Shown one piece after another: positions 61,540-64,000 of a DNA stretch of 64,000 nucleotides. Position numbers and translations under genes: made by a program. The notes beneath the pieces were generated by a model. It was not told the origin of the DNA. It saw only the letters and a list, made by a program, of their open reading frames with translations, and ran no database searches. Numbering within the stretch: position 1 is the stretch's first letter; each line of letters starts with the position of its first letter. Source of the stretch: Rhina ancylostomus (Eukaryota); the NCBI GenBank assembly GCA_030265395.1, contig JARFYF010000059.1, forward strand, positions 21,634,135 through 21,698,134, given 5' to 3'.

Positions 61540-61840
61540 GTAATGGTACTTGCTCGAGTACAGCTTCATCAGTACCCCTCCAGTAGCTCACCCATTCTTA
61601 ACACTCATGTTTAACACTCAATGGTGAGTATAAGATTGAACTATTTAACTCTAGAAGGCATCACAGCTGAGTCCAGTTCTGTTGACAAACATGTCCCATC
61701 ACGGGTTACTGGATAGGAATAATGAGTTGTAATGGTGAATAACCTCTTTCTCCAACAATCCCATTTACCATGACCCAACTCTGCCCTGGCTGAGATCGAC
61801 TACATTAGCGTAGATCTGGGATTGAAATAGAGAACTCTTA
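61540..61840 (-). mobile_element. Ancient SINE-like repeat of an unassigned family
   Basis: Reverse complement TTCAATCCCAGATCTACGCTAATGTAGTCGATCTCAGCCAGGGCAG...GGACTCAGCTGTGATGCC. Related segments at about 11335-11575, 54550-54660 and 57160-57236. Confidence 0.45.
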
Positions 61841-63071
61841 ATGAAGGAAGGGAATACGAAATTATAAAAATATTTAAAAGCTCCATTTCAATATGGAGTA
61901 AACCCCTCATTGTTCTGTACATTTATTGGGGTAGATCTAATTTGTAACTTCTTTCAGAAGATAAATCAGTTTTATTATTATTTGGTCATAACCTGGCATG
62001 CCCCGGGATTATATCAATCAAGCATTAACGTGCCTTATTATTCCATCAGCCTATGACCTATATCATTGGCAGCAAATTTACAAAGTGTGTTGCCACTAAC
62101 CAAAATTCAGCGTTGCTGCCTATGTAAGACCAATTCCATTTTGCTTTCTTTGAACCAACTATTTTTTGTAAAATCATCAAAGCCTTTCTTTTATTCAGCA
62201 TAATCAAATGGCCTCCTAAGGGGCACTGGGAACCCAAATGTACTTTATACGATTGGTGTGAGCAATGAATATTGGCAGGTTGTTGGAGGACCTCACAGTC
62301 TGACGTAGATGGGTGTGCATGTATTCACTCACCAAACATACACAGACACACATGTGCATGCAAAGATAATGGTTACTTATGAATGGAAAGTTGACATTAT
62401 TTATAACCTGAAGTTAATTCATCTAATTGTGACAGTATAACATAAGTGAAATATTCCCAGTGTAATTTTGGGTTTGTATGGGTGCTCTGGCCCTTTCACG
62501 CTATCAGTCTGTGGTTCAAATACAGTGAATTTCACAGTTCAGATGAATGCCACCAAGTTGGATAAAGGAGTACTTGCAACACTTGATATTCAAAATCATG
62601 ACAGGGCTCATTAATTTTGAAATTTCTCTCCAGTTTTCACATCTCAATTCCGTTTAGAAGGCAGGCATGGGCAGTGGAGAATGCACCAGTATTATCACAA
62701 GGTGACTGTTCCTAACCTTTGAGACAAACTATCTAACTGTGAGTAAGGTGACATCCAATATGATGCTAACTTTCTGCTATCGTTCCTGTCTACAGTGAAG
62801 GCATACTCCTCTTCAACTCAAGTGGGGATGTGAGGGGTGGAGCAAAGGTGTGAAGGGAGATGGGCTGTGAGCAGCCATGGAATTTTTCCCAATTTAAGAA
62901 AAGGGAGAAAACTGAAAATCGTATCATGCCTCAAAAGTAATAGACAACTGAAGAAAAATCTCCATAAACATTTCATGAAATACTTTTTCTCTTAATGAAA
63001 CAGTTCAAACAGAAACAATGGTAGTATCCTCTGAAAGAAGGCTTAATGTGTACTATAGGATCTATGAATAC

Positions 63072-64000
63072 CTGTAGATGGGATCCATGAAAAAGGGTGA
63101 TGGCTTTGCATAATGAAAGGGTTGCTGGTGCGGCACCTTGGGTAGCTCATCATTGATCATCATTTTGCGTTCACCAAACACGTGGTTCTTCCTGGGCTCT
63201 CCAGGGCCATTTTGACTGACCCGGCTACGACTACTTATACTCAGGTCCAGTGGCTGCTCTTCTCCAGAAAGCGAGGACACCATGAGCTTGGATGCAGGGA
63301 GGGGCTTTGCTTCTTTCCGTTTTGTGGTAAGGTCAAAGGGTGACTCAGAGCTTGCATTCCCACTTTTCTGGTGCTCCCTGGGTGACTTTGGCTCATTTTT
63401 CACCAATAGATTAGGATTGAGATTTCGGTCCGTGAAAGGATATATGGAATGTGGGAAGTTTGGGAAGAGCTGGAACGGAAACATAGAGTGGTATGGAAGT
63501 GATCCCATTTTCTTCTCTTGCATTCCCATGAAACCAGTGCCAAAGTACTTCTCTGCAATAGAAGCAATAGCTTTAATGGAATCATTAGCAGCACTAGTCG
63601 GAAGGCTCTGTTCATCAGGAGGAGGAAAGAAGGAATGTTGGGATGGAAGATACTGTGTCCGTTCATCAATTTCATTGTTCGAGTTGATGGAGACTGAAGT
63701 GACTTTATCAGTTCCTTTGGCTGACAGATTGGCCTTTTCCTTCCTTTTATCTCCATCACTCTCTACATCACTGTCCAAATCAGACCCAGTGCCTGTGGTT
63801 GTTTCCAGGTCAGTCCCACTTGTTGTGTTGATGTCTTCAAAATCACTACCTTCTGATAAGTCAGTGTTTTTTATTTTGTTTTTCTCTGTGAAACAATTTT
63901 CAGATCGAATGTTGTTTTTTCCTTCTAAGGGTGTATCTCTGTCGTTGAATGTTGACACCAGGGAAGATGCTTGTGATACAGAGGGATTTCCCATGGGGCT
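63072..64000 (-). CDS. PRDM16: PRDM16 large central exon (human exon 9 equivalent), 5'-truncated by the window edge
   Basis: Frame open to the window edge: ...DLSEGSDFEDINTTSGTDLETTTGTGSDLDSD...SFFPPPDEQ...SIKAIASIAEKYFG...PFDLT...PLDLS...RKNHVFGERK...KPSPFFMDPIYR. Ends at donor TAC AG|GTATTC (GT at 63071-63070), phase 2. Confidence 0.97.
63239..63340 (-). other. PRDM16: Two CtBP-binding motifs, PFDLT (63340-63326) and PLDLS (63253-63239)
   Basis: Direct translation. These PXDLS-type motifs are hallmarks of PRDM16 and MECOM. Confidence 0.93.

Noticed and set aside
63400-63759. 119-aa alternative-frame ORF inside exon 9
   Set aside because: Overlapping frame with no recognisable homology; expected by chance in a long exon.

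Overview
Vertebrate genomic DNA, almost certainly a cartilaginous fish (shark or ray), judged from HE1/V-SINEs, DeuSINE (SacSINE1-like) copies, and CR1, L2, RTE and Penelope-like remnants. It is a gappy draft assembly. The window holds the 3' half of a PRDM16 gene on the minus strand. I traced nine coding exons by hand, equivalent to human exons 9-17. They run from the PFDLT/PLDLS CtBP-binding region through zinc fingers 8-10 and the acidic domain to the stop codon at 13791. All visible splice sites are GT-AG with consistent phases; exon 9 runs off the window edge and exon 11 is cut by an N gap. A probable ~6.5 kb 3'UTR ends near 7260 and carries miR-133, miR-96, miR-200 and Pumilio sites. The rest is intron or intergenic DNA full of decayed retroelements, two ~25-bp minisatellites and candidate conserved non-coding elements. 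I found no evidence of a wholly new multi-gene system. The best leads are a candidate in-frame 24-nt microexon, a candidate poison exon between ZF8 and ZF9, splice and miRNA features apparently shared with mammals, and inverted Penelope-like repeats carrying decayed hammerhead-ribozyme cores. Repeat boundaries are approximate, and repeat family names and mammalian comparisons come from recall, not database searches.
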